Shown: piece by piece, positions 49,720 to 62,868 of the stretch
Position numbering within the stretch: the first letter of the stretch is position 1
How the letters are laid out: every line of letters begins with the position of its first letter
Source: Eledone cirrhosa
Lineage: Eukaryota
Reading direction: 5' to 3'
Length of the DNA: 64,000 nucleotides
Assembly: GCA_964016885.1 (NCBI GenBank)
Contig: OZ024743.1
Location: 114,266,001 to 114,330,000 of the forward strand
Notes under the pieces: model-generated
The model's input: only the letters and a program-made list of their open reading frames with translations
Database searches by the model: none
What the model was told of the DNA's origin: nothing
Program-made: the position numbers and the translations under genes

Positions 49720-50530
49720 GTAGCTGGTAGAAGATAGACTGATAGAAGATAATAGTAGTTGGTAGAAGATAGACTGGTTAGGAGAAGATATTGGTAATTG
49801 GTAGAAAATAGTGATAGTTGATAGAAAATACAGTGGCTGGTGGAAGATAGGAGTAGTTGGTAAAAGATAGAGTGGCTGGTAGAATATAGGGGTAGTTGGT
49901 AGAATATAGAGGGGTTGGTAGAAGATAGGAGTAGTTAGTAGAAGATAGAGGGGTTGGTAGAAGATAAGGGTAGTTGGTAGAAGATAGAGGGGTTGGTAGA
50001 AGATAGGGTAGTTAGTAGAAGATAGAGGGGTTGGTAGAAGATAGGAGTAGTTAGTAGAAGATAGAGGGGTTGGTAGAAGATAGGGATAGTTGGTAGAAGA
50101 TAGAGGGTTTGGCAGAAGATAGGGGTAGTTGGTAGAATATAGTAGTGGTTGGTAGAAGATAGGGTGGTTGGTAGAAGATAAGGTGGTTGGTAGAAGATAG
50201 GGTGGTTGGTAGAAGATAAGGTGGTTGGTAGAAGATAAGGTGGTTGGTAAAAGATAGAGGGTTTGGTGGAACAGAACGTTTGGTAGAAGATAGATTGGTT
50301 GTTGAAAAAGTGGTAGTTGGTAGAAGTAGAGTGGTTGGTAGAATATAGAGGGGTTGGTAGAGGATAGAGTGATTAGGAGATTATATTGGATAGCAGGATT
50401 GGTAGAAGATAGTGGTAATTGGTAGAGGATAGAGGGGTTGGTAGAAGAAAGTGTTTGGTTGAAGAGAGTGGTCGTTGGTAGAAGATAGAGTGGTGGGAGT
50501 TGAATATATGGTGGAGGTTGGTAGAATATA
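49720..50530. repeat. Degenerate purine-rich minisatellite of about 20-22 bp (ggttggtagaagatag)
   Basis: More than 30 imperfect copies. Confidence 0.9.
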
Positions 50531-50654
50531 AAATGCTTTATAGAACGATAAATTAATAGTAATAACATGTTAGAAAAAGCACCAAACATAAAGTTTTTCT
50601 TTATAATAAACCCCAATGCCAACCCATGGAGAAGCTACTTATGGTTACTAATTT

Positions 50655-52790
50655 TGACACAAGGTCAACATGTTTGGAGGAAAAGTAAAAGTCGATTTTT
50701 CGAATCCAGTACTTGACTGGTACCTAATTTTTTAGACCTCGAAAGGACGAAATGGGAAGTTGACCTCAATGGGATTCGAACTCGAAACGTAATGTGCTGT
50801 AACTAAATACTGAAAATAATTTTGTCCGACCGTTTAACTATTCTGCTAATCTATCGCCCTTATAAGCTCCTAATGACCAATGTAATTTATAAATTTGTAA
50901 ACATTGTGAAAGTTTTAAACGTTGCAGCTCTAATTGTTATATTGGTCATACATTATTGGAAACATTAGTGCACAGCGCATTTATACTATAGATAATTTCC
51001 CATCAAGAAGATAGATGGAAGCAATACTAATACTTCAGCCATTAGTATTGTAACACCAGCCACAGACAAAAAATTAATGCCTGACCAAATCATTTATTTG
51101 GGATACAATCTTAAATACACATTTTGAAATCCGAAATATTTAATTCTTTTGGGATAAGATATTAATACAAATATTGAAATTCGAAATTATTTAATTCATT
51201 TCAGATGGCGTAAATGTCTCCACCATAAGGTCCCGAAAAAGAAGAGAAAAAGGAAATAGAATGGTGGAGGAGGGTAAGGGAGGCGAAGTAAATTTGATCA
51301 GTAAGTTGCAGGTGTTTATAAGATGATGAGGCGGCGAATTGGCAGAGACGATAGAACGTCGGATAGAATGTTTTATGGTATTCATTCCGGCTCTCTGCTT
51401 CTCTGAGTTCAAATCCCACCGAGGTCAACTTTGCCTTTCCTCCTTTCGAGGTCGATAAAAGAAGTACCAGTCTACTTGGGTCCTCTCTCACTTCCTCTCA
51501 CTCTTTCCTGGAAGAAATCTGCTGTGTTCAGACCTGGAGGGGGAAAAGTACGACCAGTCTTAAACATTGACCAAGAAACGCCGCGTATCACCACGGTGGC
51601 CTTACGACTCAATCAGGCGTAACGAAGAAAATGAAAGAATCTCTCCGTTAATTACATTGGCTCTACCTCTTATAAAGAGGTAACATCATATAACAATGTC
51701 ACTCCATCCTGCAACTGAGGCTACGAAGGTCTAGGAATATTGATGATGGGATTTAAGAGCTTTAGTGTTGCAAACACACCGGGAGAAACTATACTGATAA
51801 TTGTATGTATGGTCCCGTAATTCCCAAGGGAGTCGCAGGGGCGTCATATTGTCATACGGCGTTTCTAAGCCATCTCCACTCCATATCTGAATATAGCAGA
51901 TTTCTTCCAGACAAGGATTGTGAGTGAGTGAGTGAGAGAGAGAGAGAAAATGAGAAAGACATATAAAGGAAGAATCGACCCCAGTACTTGACTGGTACAC
52001 TTTTTATTGACCTCGAATGGATGAAAAGCAATGTTGACTTAGGTGCGATTTGAACTGAGAGAGCAGGGAACCGAAAGGAATACCGCAAGCATTCTTTCCG
52101 ACATTCTAATGACTGTCAATTCACCGCCCAATCCTTGATAAATAAGATAAGCTTAATCAAATAATTGTTTACATGTTAATAAGCAGAGTTCAACTCATAC
52201 CGCCGGATGTGTGGGTAGAAAGGTGAATGAATTTCGAGGAAATTGTTAATAATTGTTTCTACTTTTGGCACAGGGCCTACAATTATCCAGTACATTACTG
52301 GTACTTTATATTATCGACCACGTAAGGATGAAAGGCAAAGTCAACCTTGGCGAGATTTGAACTCAGAGTGGCAAGAGCCGTAACTCTATGTGTCAAATCA
52401 TGGTGTCCGACCCTCTACCGATACTGCAAATCCACACAAAGCCAACAATTTTTGGGGAAAGGTAAGTCGGTTAAATCGACCCTAGTGTATGATTGGTGCT
52501 TTATTTTATCGACACCATAAGGATGAAAGGCAAAGTTAACATAGGCGGAATTAGAACTCAGGAGGTAAAGGGCCGAAACTCAATACCGCAAAGCATGTTG
52601 TCCGACGCTCCACCGGAACTGCCAATCCACCACCCTCGCAAATTGTTAATGATTTCTGATTTAAGCACAAGGCCAACGATTTTTGAGGAGGGGTAATTCA
52701 ATTAAATCGACCTCAGTGTGTTACTGGTGTTATATTTTATCGACCCCATAAGGATGAAGGGCAAAGCTAACCTCGGCGGGTTTTGATCTC
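50655..52790. mobile_element. SINE-rich interval with at least six diverged copies, mostly minus strand
   Basis: Core atcgacccc.taaggatgaaaggcaaagt recurs at about 50.7, 51.4 (plus), 52.0, 52.3, 52.5 and 52.7 kb. Confidence 0.75.
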
Positions 52791-53141
52791 CGGAAATTGT
52801 TAATAATAAAATCGCTCAGTTAGTTGTATTTGCCTATCTATCCCCTAACCCACACATGGGACTAATTTCCCACAAAATAACTGTAGCCATGAGTCTGTAT
52901 ATTTATTTATTCATATAATTCATGCTGTATTGGTTAAATCAACATTTATTCATATTCGTTTTCGTTTTTTGTTTTTACTCGTTACAGTCAGTAAACTGTG
53001 ACCATTCTGGTGCACCACGGTGATTTAGTTGATCATATTGATCCCATTCCTCTCCCTTTGAAACCTGGTACTTTTTTATCCAAGCGCTAAGTTATAGGCC
53101 ATAAACACAGACAGACACAAAGGTAAACACAAACATCGAAA

Positions 53142-53189
<48 letters not shown>

Positions 53190-53647
53190 TATATATGAAA
53201 GCGCGTGGCTGAGTGTTTAGAGAATTGGATTCTCAGTCGTGAGGTTGTGAGTTCGATTCCTGGACAGGACAGGTTGATGCGTTATGTCTTTGGGCAAGAG
53301 ACTTTATTTCACGTTGCTCCTTCTACCTGGAGTTGCGACCGATAGATAGTATTAGCAATTGGAAAGACCAATGGAAGCATTGTTTCCTCGGTCCGATAGG
53401 ACGAAAGTCGATCGACTGTTTTATATATATATATATATATAAGTATGTATACGTACATACATATATGTATACAGACGTACAGTAGTATGTATATATATAT
53501 ACATACATGCACACATATATATATATGTACCTATGGATTCACCGAACATTTATTATAATGCTCGGTGTGTTGTAAACAAACATCCCGAATTAAGCCGTAC
53601 AGTGTCTAGCAACCATCGTTGCACATTTGTTCAACACTGACAAAGGA

Positions 53648-53690
53648 ACGCTGTACTAGTTTCAAGCTTATTAGCTATCGTCAGCAACGT
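53648..53690 (-). ncRNA. Minimal type I hammerhead ribozyme
   Basis: ACGTTG-CTGACGA-T-AGCT(AATA)AGCT-T-GAAA-CTAG-TA^-CAGCGT; palindromic ACTAGT stem III; U.U at 10.1/11.1. Confidence 0.8.
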
Positions 53691-54078
53691 ATACCTTCCT
53701 GCCAGATGATTGAACGTCTGAAAGTATATACTTTCCTTACGCATATTAACGGCTGAGCAGCCTAATTTGCATATCGAGTGAGTAAATCGGCCGGGCGCAA
53801 CGAAAACGATAAACGGAAAAAAATGAAACGAAAATTCATTTCTCACTCTTAGTAGTGCTGTTACTTAAATATAAGTATGTATACGTACATACATATATGT
53901 ATACAGACGTACAGTAGTATGTATATATATATACATACATGCACACATATATATATGTACGTATGGATTCACCGAACATTTATTATAATGCTCAGTGTGT
54001 TTGTAAACAAACATACCGAATTAAGCCGTACAGTGTCTAGCAACCATCGTTGTTCATTCGTTCAACACTGACAAAGGA

Positions 54079-54121
54079 ACGCTGTACTAGTTTCAAGCTT
54101 ATTAGCTATCGTCAGCAACGT
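54079..54121 (-). ncRNA. Minimal type I hammerhead ribozyme (tandem copy)
   Basis: Identical motif to 53648-53690, 431 nt away. Confidence 0.8.
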
Positions 54122-54217
54122 ATACCTCCCTTGCCAGATGATTGAACGACTGAAAGTATATAATTTCCTTATGCATATTAACGGCTGAGCAGCCTCAATC
54201 ATCTGGCAGGAAGGTAA

Positions 54218-54260
54218 ACGTTGCTGACGATAGCTAATAAGCTTGAAACTAGTACAGCGT
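54218..54260 (+). ncRNA. Minimal type I hammerhead ribozyme (inverted copy)
   Basis: acgttgctgacgatagctaataagcttgaaactagtacagcgt on the plus strand. Confidence 0.8.
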
Positions 54261-55281
54261 TCCTTTGTCAGTGTTGAACAAATGAGCAACGATGGTTGCT
54301 AGACACTGTACGGTTTAATTCGGGATGTTTGTTTAGTGCTAATTTTAAATTTATATACTATGTTATTAATAAGGCAATTTCCTTTTAATGGGCAATTTGC
54401 TTTGTTTCTACAAAAGGAAATTGCCTTATTAATAACATAGTATATAAGTGTAAAATTAGCACTAAGGACTCAACTTATTCATATATAGGAGCTACTTCTA
54501 ACCAATTTAAAGTAAGATTTAATACTCACAAACACAGTTTTAAAAATGCCGCATTAACTAATACAACATCCTTAGCTGAAATAATTAATAATTATAGAAA
54601 AATGAATATCGATTATAACTTGACCTGGAGTGTGCTCAAAAGGGCCACCCCTTATCAAAATAATAGATATGAATGTAGATTATGTTCCCAGGAACTTTTT
54701 GAAATAATGAAATCTAAGGATATCCTATTAAATAAGCGACAAGAATTAATTATATCATGCAATCATAGAATTAGAAAAACTTTCAAATATTATAAACCTA
54801 ATTAATATACACTTATATTTTACAAATTATTATAATTCATTTTTTTTAATTAGTTAACCTTTAATTAATATTCCACTACTAAGAACTGCATAATTTTATT
54901 TCCCTTTTACAGCTATCTTTTCCTAAAATTTATACCAATAAGTATACATATAAAATATTTTAATTTCCTGTTATGAATCTAAATTCCTTATAATCTATAT
55001 AAGTTTGTTATTTCTCACTAATACATTTATCCCCCCCAAACACAACATTTTTTTTTCATTCGTTTTTAACAACATTCTTTAATAATATCTAACTCTTATT
55101 TATCATATCTATATGAATTAATATAAATTTATCCCTATAAATATACCTATCAATTAAATTAATTTAATTTCTTTTTATAGATCTATATTCCTTATGCTTT
55201 AAATAAGATTGATATTTTTCAGTAACACATTTATAGTAAAATTTTATTCTCCTTAGATTTTAACAGCATTATTTTTTAATA

Positions 55282-55465
55282 ACTGTTTCTACTTTTGGCA
55301 CAAGGCCAGCAAATACCCAGTACATTACTGGTACTTTATTTTATCGACCCCGTAAGGATGAAAGGCAAAGTTAACCTTGGCGGGATTTGAACTCAGACCG
55401 TAAAGGGACGTAACTATGCTAGAAAGCATGGCATCCAACCCTCTACCGATACTGCCAATTCACCA
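55282..55465 (-). mobile_element. SINE inserted into the PLE family A 3' UTR
   Basis: Absent from the homologous position (about 17183) of the 16.5-17.6 kb PLE copy. Confidence 0.85.
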
Positions 55466-55707
55466 TCAAATTTTCGTGTACCTTTCACCGGCTTGACATA
55501 TTTTCATCCCCAAAGTAATCTTTTCATTCAAAATACTCTTTCCATTCAAAACTGAAGTCTGCATTCCTCTACCCCTAAATTAAATTTCTACTACTACTAT
55601 TCTATCAACTTGACCACTTATTACTTTTCTATTGGTCAATTCAAAACCTGTTCCCAAACAGACCTATTATATTAAATCTTTGTTGGTTCTTTTCAATAAA
55701 CAAATAT

Positions 55708-55833
55708 CCTTATTTCTGAAGACAGCATATATATGTGTAGGTATGTATATTCCCTCTGATAGTTTTACATAGATCTATATGATATACATACCAACACACA
55801 CATATATATCCTAGAAACGATCGTAAAATGATG
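55708..55833 (+). ncRNA. Type I hammerhead with very long stem II (PLE family A)
   Basis: TTATTT-CTGAAGA-C-AG-C-ATATATATGTGT...ACACATATATAT-C-CT-A-GAAA-CGATCG-TA^-AAATGA. Confidence 0.72.
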
Positions 55834-55886
55834 AATTTTTTAATATAAGGAACTGTTTCTTTGTTTTTATTCATTATTTTTATATA

Positions 55887-55920
<34 letters not shown>

Positions 55921-55922
<2 letters not shown>

Positions 55923-56372
55923 CTCAATGATATTAAATAAATGGTAACTATATTTATAAAACCATATTTATTCTATTATATATATTTCAAGTGTACCAAA
56001 ACTTTCGTACGCACTCATCAGATAAAATACAAAGTTTGTTTTATAAATATTGACATAACCAGGAAGAAGATCTTAACGGTTCAAGGTTTTCCTGGAAAGG
56101 TTCAAGTTTTCCAGGAAAAACTTGAACCGTTAAGATCTTCTTCCTGGTTATGCCAATATTTATAAAACAAACTTTGTATTTTATCTGCTGATAGCATAGC
56201 AAATTGTTTGGCACCCTTGAAATATACATAATAGAATAAATATGGTTTTATAAATATAGTTTCCATTTAGTTAATATCATTGAATATTATACTCCAGAAA
56301 AACTGTCGAGTGCTTTGAATCAGTTATAAACATTTATATTTGTTGAATTACCAACAAATTAAATATCCCTTT
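55921..56372. mobile_element. Second copy of the hammerhead fold-back element (55969-56029 minus has an intact core; 56177-56238 plus is degenerate)
   Basis: Same arms and same tail (ccagaaaaactgt...aaattaaatatccctt) as 42422-42855 but a different hairpin centre. Confidence 0.78.
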
Positions 56373-56375
56373 TGC

Positions 56376-56422
<47 letters not shown>

Positions 56423-57044
56423 CACACACAGTTTTTCTCTACCGAATGCCACAAAACAGGACCGAGCCCAGTACCAACTAGACAACAGTAATGATCACGT
56501 ATTGCCGAGCTAAATAGCAATAAAAGTAAGTAAATAAGCAAATGATGAAGCAAAGTGGATGCAAGAACAAAGACATTAATTGAATTCGTGAACATAGTAG
56601 CACAATTTTTGTTGAGCACTCACAATTACTTCAGTCGGAAGAAATATAATACTGAAACGTTTTTAAAATAATTCATTTGTTAAATAACTCATTGCTCTAA
56701 CGGATCTGGTAAGGCTTTTATTAACCGTTCGTAATCTCAATATAGATAATCCTTCAAGGGAATGATGTAGCCATCTGAGGAAACAGTAGAGTGAAATAAA
56801 ACGGAATAAAGTAAACTTGTAGCAATAAGAGCATAATCGAAGCAAATAAAAGAACTGTGCAGATGTATTTAGTAGATACAATCTTAAAAGGTTTGTAATT
56901 CAACGGGTTTACCAGACCGAATCATTACTTTGTCATTCTTCTTTATACACACGCATGTATAGTTATTTGTACTTATATGTATGGTAAAACAGAAACACAC
57001 ACATACTCACACGTCTATGTGTATATACATATATGAATATATGA

Positions 57045-57185
<141 letters not shown>

Positions 57186-57336
57186 TAGCAAGATTCTTTA
57201 TCTGAAAACGTGTGTTGAAACTGATATTGTTATACTTTGGGAGGGTCATGTTGCCAATAAGAAACACACGCACGTGTGTTTCATATTGGCAACATGACCC
57301 TCCCAAAGTATAACAATATATATATATATATATTTG

Positions 57337-57625
57337 GACATGCATCCACTATCAAGGAGATTAAAAAGTGTCCTGGTATACTAGTACCAGCGGATAAGAC
57401 GGGGAACAGTACAACAAGAGACCACCGATCAAGACAGCATAAATTGACCACCATATGAACGCTAAACGTTACAGACATTTCTATGCTTTATATGTTCATT
57501 CTGTCATTACAACAGCAGAGGTCCGACGAGTTTTTGATTCCGGACTAGGGCCAGATCGATACAGATCGAACCATGAGCTGCTCAGTAATGAAACGCGCGT
57601 CACCAATCAATAAACGTAATGAAGG
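57337..57625 (+). mobile_element. Internally deleted PLE remnant (DKG-region motif joined to a 3' end with degenerate hammerhead)
   Basis: KEIKKCPGILVPADKTGN resembles the PLE pre-RT PADK(T/G) motif. Followed by a hammerhead-like fold at 57520-57604 and AATAAA. Confidence 0.55.
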
Positions 57626-57644
57626 CCTAACAAATCGTCCTTGT

Positions 57645-58435
57645 GGTGGATTGACAGTATTGGTAGAGGGTCGGACGCCATGCTTTGACGTATAGAGTTA
57701 CGGCCCTTGCCATTCTGAGTTCAAATCCCACAAAGGTTAACTTTGCCCTTCATCCTTACGGGGTCGATAACATAAAGTACCAGTAACGCACTGGGTAATT
57801 TCTGGCCTTGTGCCAAAAGTAGAAACAATTATTATTATTATTATTATTATATATATATATATGTAACCCACTACAACCTGTCTCGTGGTCGGGTCGTCGG
57901 CGACTAAACCGGCAACCCCACTAAGCTTGCTTGGTTAGGAGGGTGAAATTTGGACACCCTGCGGGATGAAATACTAGACCGTCAAAGGCCGGAGGAACTC
58001 AGCAGAGTCAACGGCCATCCAAACGTGACAGAGATTATAAACACGTCTGTACATAAACATGATAAAAATCAGTACCCTTACTTTTGGGACAAGCTCATAT
58101 ATATATATATGGATGCAGTAAAAACAACTTAGAACATTAGTCACCAGAGTACTCGATACTTGGGGGTAGTAGAGTGGGTAATATGAAAAACCCGGGACCC
58201 CGACGGCTGAGCTCCTGCCATTTCAATAGCTAGATCCGAACTCGGCTCGGGGATTGGCAGTATCGATAGAGGCTCAGACGCCATGCTTTGCAGCATAGAG
58301 TTACGCCCCTTTATAGTCTGATTTCAAATCCCACCGAGGTTCACTTTGCCTTTCATCCTTACGGGGGTCGATAAAATAAAGTACCAGTAATGTACTGGAA
58401 TAATTGCTGGCCTTATGCCAAAAGTAGAAACAATT
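57645..58435 (+). mobile_element. Two full-length SINE copies (57645-57830, 58251-58435)
   Basis: Match to consensus head, core and tail. Confidence 0.82.
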
Positions 58436-58993
58436 ATATATATATATATATTCCCCAAATTATGGTGTCATTTATGTACAAATGTTTCTTTGGCTCTTTC
58501 AGATACTACTAAAGCAGGCCATATATGCTCAGCTTCTATTTACATCATTTACAAAATACTGTCAACAGAGACTGACGATTTGCTGCCTGACCCAGAATTA
58601 TTTGAAATACGTAGCGAAAAACATCTGCATTTAAATGACAGCATAGTCCACGAAATGAATATCTGTACACCACAAATAGTCCCATATATTGAGTGATTTC
58701 CCAGCATTGGTTATTCTTTATAAAGTTCTACTACATTATATATATTTTTACTCTGGAGTTTCACCTGCACACTCACAGCATCACAGGCAAGACTAAATTT
58801 TCAATAACAGAGACAGGGAAATTTAGTCTTGACTGACGATCCTGTGACTGAACAGATGAATCTCCTATGTAACACGGCTCACCACTTAGCCATAATACAT
58901 GAATATCTAAACTCTATTTCGGTATTGAGTACTCACTCTCATGTCCGTCAATGATACACCTCTATCTATCTTCGGACAAATAGACAAATAACA

Positions 58994-59084
<91 letters not shown>

Positions 59085-59405
59085 GTTATGTCCTAAATAA
59101 GGAAGAAACCATGGTAGAGATATAATTACGGTATGTGCGCATTTCTTCTAAGTTTAATTTTACTACTGTTTATGTGCGGTTGATTGTATATTTGATCGGA
59201 TTCTGCATGCTGCCGAAATGTTTGATAAATAGTGGAACGGAGCTGCCGCAAAGAGGCTACGATCAACTGTTTGTCAGAGATTTCCCCGTAAGAAAATTTA
59301 TTCTTAAAGCTTGCTAGATTTGATTATGTATATGGTTAATTATGCTAATTAGAAGAAGAAATAGTATATATTTTAATATCTGATTGATTCTATAGACATG
59401 ATTTA

Positions 59406-59502
<97 letters not shown>

Positions 59503-59589
59503 GGAAAAATTTGAACAGGAACAAAACAGAGAGGCAGTACAACGAATATTTATTAATTTCACGCTCTGAAGAGTGGGGTGTTGGTGGGG

Positions 59590-59624
59590 AACGACGTTTC
59601 GGGCATAAGACCTTCCTCAGGTGA
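59590..59624 (-). ncRNA. Minimal, partly degenerate hammerhead
   Basis: CAC-CTGAGGA-A-GG(TCTTATGC)CC-GAAA-CG-TC^-GTT; stem I is weak. Confidence 0.5.
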
Positions 59625-59909
59625 GAAGTGTGTGGGAACAGAGTTCAAAGGGTGTGTAGGGGAATGGTGGAGAGACATATAGCGAAAGGAAACGGTGCGA
59701 ATGAAATTAAAAATAAAAATAAAAATAAAAATAAAGCATGATCAAAATACAAGGAATGAAATAAATTTAAATATAAAAGCATGATCAAAATAAACTGAAA
59801 TTAAAAGTGGGTAAAACAGGTGGTGGAAGGGTGTGGGAGTGTGTAGGGGTGGTGGCGGGTGGAGTGGGGAGAGGGAGACAGGGTGTCCGAGCGGGGAGGG
59901 CTGAAGGTG

Positions 59910-59944
<35 letters not shown>

Positions 59945-59972
59945 CCTATCTATCCAACTTCTCCCCCCCCCA

Positions 59973-60019
<47 letters not shown>

Positions 60020-60176
60020 ATATATATATGGATAAATCTACCAAAATATACGGTAGTGTCCAATCAGTATGAAGAACTCAATGTAATCCAAATATCATGA
60101 AAAGAGATGTATTCAACAATTTGTTCGATGAAAATCACAGTAAAACAGAGTCAAGATTATTATTATTATTATTAAT

Positions 60177-60310
60177 ATTATTTCTGAAGACAGCATGTAT
60201 ATGTGTAGGTATGTATATTCCCTCTGATAGTTTGTAAAATTTTTACATAGATCTATATGATATACATACCAACACACACATATATATCCTAGAAACGATC
60301 GTAAAATGAT
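60177..60310 (+). ncRNA. Long-stem-II hammerhead (PLE family A), near-solo copy
   Basis: ATTATTT-CTGAAGA...GAAA-CGATCG-TA-AAATGAT; similarity to the other copies begins right at stem I. Confidence 0.7.
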
Positions 60311-61457
60311 GAATTTTTTAATATAAGGAACTGTTTCTTTGTTTTTATTCATTGTTTTTATTAATTTATATATATATATATATATATATATGAGTGTGTG
60401 TGTGTCTGTCCATGCATATGTGTACACGTGCGTGAAAGTTGGACGTGTGTTTATACATGTAGTATGCTTTCTGGGTTTAGAATAAATGTATTGCGTATTA
60501 GTATTTTTGTTGTGTGTGGGTCAGAAAATTTAAAGCAAAACTCGTTGAGAATTGAGACCCAAGTAGCGAAAGGTTTGAAAGAATAGATGAATTGTTCTCT
60601 ATGTGGACGAAAGCTCGATGAAACAATGTGAAAGCCAGGTCAAAGATGGAATGATTTCGGGTGGAAAGGTTTATGGAGCGGAAATGGCGGAAGACGTGCG
60701 ACACGTTATTGAGCCGGATAACATCGTAGTAATTGATTACCAAAGTGACCAAACATGGAACAAATGTTCTAACGCACATAGGAGTGCAAAGAGTATGTTA
60801 TACAGATTCGATTGGTAGAGATGCAACTAAATGTGTATGTAATGTAGAAGAGTTGGTTAATGGCATTCCAAATACCAAGATACTAATCTTGATTTTCAAT
60901 TCTATCGGAATTGCAATTTCATCAAGGCGACGAGATGAGAGAAAATATGGTTGAGAAAGAGCAGCAGCATTTGATCACCGCCCCGGAACCCCTGCAAATG
61001 AAATAGCTTCTCACGTATATCTGAACAATTGCACATATTTTGAATAATACACAAACCATAAAATGAAACGCGTTGTAAACAAGAAAACAAACTCAACAAC
61101 AAAGCAAACTGGATGCAATATACAAACATTATGGTGTCCTCCCAACAGACAACGCTGCACACACCTCACGAAATATGAATATGCATCTAATAGAGCAGGA
61201 GAAGCTTGCATAAAAATTTGGAAAATATCAAAGTAACAACAACCGCATAGTGGGACAAATATATGTAAAACTAATGGAAATATGAAGCCGTGCAAACTTA
61301 AATATTCACATTGCTTATAGATGTATGTATATTGGTAAAAGTAATTATACAAGAAGGAATTTACAAATAGACACATCATACAATACTCATCCCTTCCAGG
61401 CAATTGTCATATTTAATGTAGCAGCTTAATGACGCGATTATATGCACACACACAAAG

Positions 61458-61553
<96 letters not shown>

Positions 61554-62364
61554 GAAAGTTTTGTTGTAGAGTGACTGTGCGCGTGTGACGTATTTATATG
61601 TATGTGTGTGTATATATATATATTTATTTATATATATGTATTTATTTTTGTTCATACGCTATTTTACAGAAAATAAAGGGACGCAATCTAAACAATACCG
61701 TTTTTTTTTACCGGTGTAAACATAAACACATACACGGTCATTACACCCCCCCCCCTCCCCCCAAACAAAATCACACACACACACACCCAAGCAAATACAC
61801 AGACATATAGCAATGTGTAAGAAATTATTGTATACGTTAAGTGAGGATAGTGTTTTGGCAGAATTGGTAGAGTGTCGGACACAATAATATTGCGTTATTT
61901 TAACCAGATCTGTACGTTCTAGTTACTAATCCCATCGTTATCAATTTTGCCCTTCATTCTTCCGGGGTCGATAAAATATAGTACCAGTTACATACTAGGG
62001 TAGACTTTCTCTCCTCTCCCAAAATGTATGATCTTGCACCAAAATTGGGCGGTGGATTGGCAGCATCAGTAGAGCGCTGGACAAAATACTTTACGGTATT
62101 TAGTTTCGTCTTTCCACGTTCTGATTTCAAATCCACGTTGCGTTTCATCCTTATGAGCTCAATAAAACAGAGTATTTACGTCTTTAATACTTCTGGGCTC
62201 GATAAAATATCTGTTAAGTACAGGCATAGTTTTAATCGACTTCCTCTCCCCACAAAAAATTAATAGCCTTGTGTCTGAATTAGAAACCATTTTATATGTA
62301 TGTAACATTGAACTTAATTATTGTTTATTTGCAGATGACATCTCCGAGTTATTTGTTGTTTAAG

Positions 62365-62837
62365 TAACAACAATAGCATCAGAAATAATAACAACAACAA
62401 GAGCAACAGCAGTAGCAACAACAACAATAGCAGCAAAAATAACAACAACAATAGCACCAGAAATAACAACAATAGCACCAGAAATAACAACAACAACAAG
62501 AGCAACAACAACAACAACAGCACCAAAAATAACAAGAGCAGCAACAGTAGCAACAACAACAACAACAACACCAACAGCACCAAAAATAACAACAACAACA
62601 ACAAAAGCAACAACAACAACAACAACAACAACAACAAAAATAACAACAACAGCAGCAACAACAATAGCAACAACAAGAACAGTTGCAACAACACGAACAA
62701 GAACAACAGCAGCAACAGTAGCAACAACAACAGCTGCAGCAACAGCAGCAGCAACAGTAGCAACAACAATAGCACCAAAAATAACAACAACAACAAGAGC
62801 ATAAACAGTAACAACAAAAGCAACAACAACAACAACC

Positions 62838-62868
<31 letters not shown>

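Larger units (their letters stand above)
53441..54335 (-). mobile_element. Non-coding retrozyme/pLTR-like element: about 431-bp tandem unit with hammerheads plus an inverted partial copy
   Basis: Direct repeat 53441-53872 / 53873-54195, then a reverse-complement copy 54196-54335. Directly adjoins the PLE GIY-YIG fragment. Confidence 0.8.
54390..55880 (+). mobile_element. Penelope-like element (family A): open GIY-YIG endonuclease domain plus 3' UTR with hammerhead, interrupted by a SINE
   Basis: 54413-54805 translates without stops: KGNCLINNIVYKCKI...YSYIGATSNQFKVRFNTHKHSF...TSLAEII...TWSVLKRATPY...CRLCSQE...LLNKRQELIISCNHR. The 5' end folds back (54335-54462). Confidence 0.88.

Noticed and set aside
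49681-50622. 313-aa Pro/Thr/Tyr-rich ORF
   Set aside because: Translation of the ggttggtagaagatag minisatellite.
53198-53270. tRNA-like sequences with A and B boxes here and at SINE heads
   Set aside because: No complete cloverleaf, and they continue into SINE cores; not tRNA genes.
53340-53420. GTCC-GATA-GGAC-GAAA-GTCGATCGAC half-hammerhead (relative at 7330-7410)
   Set aside because: No CTGANGA core next to stem II and no stem I.
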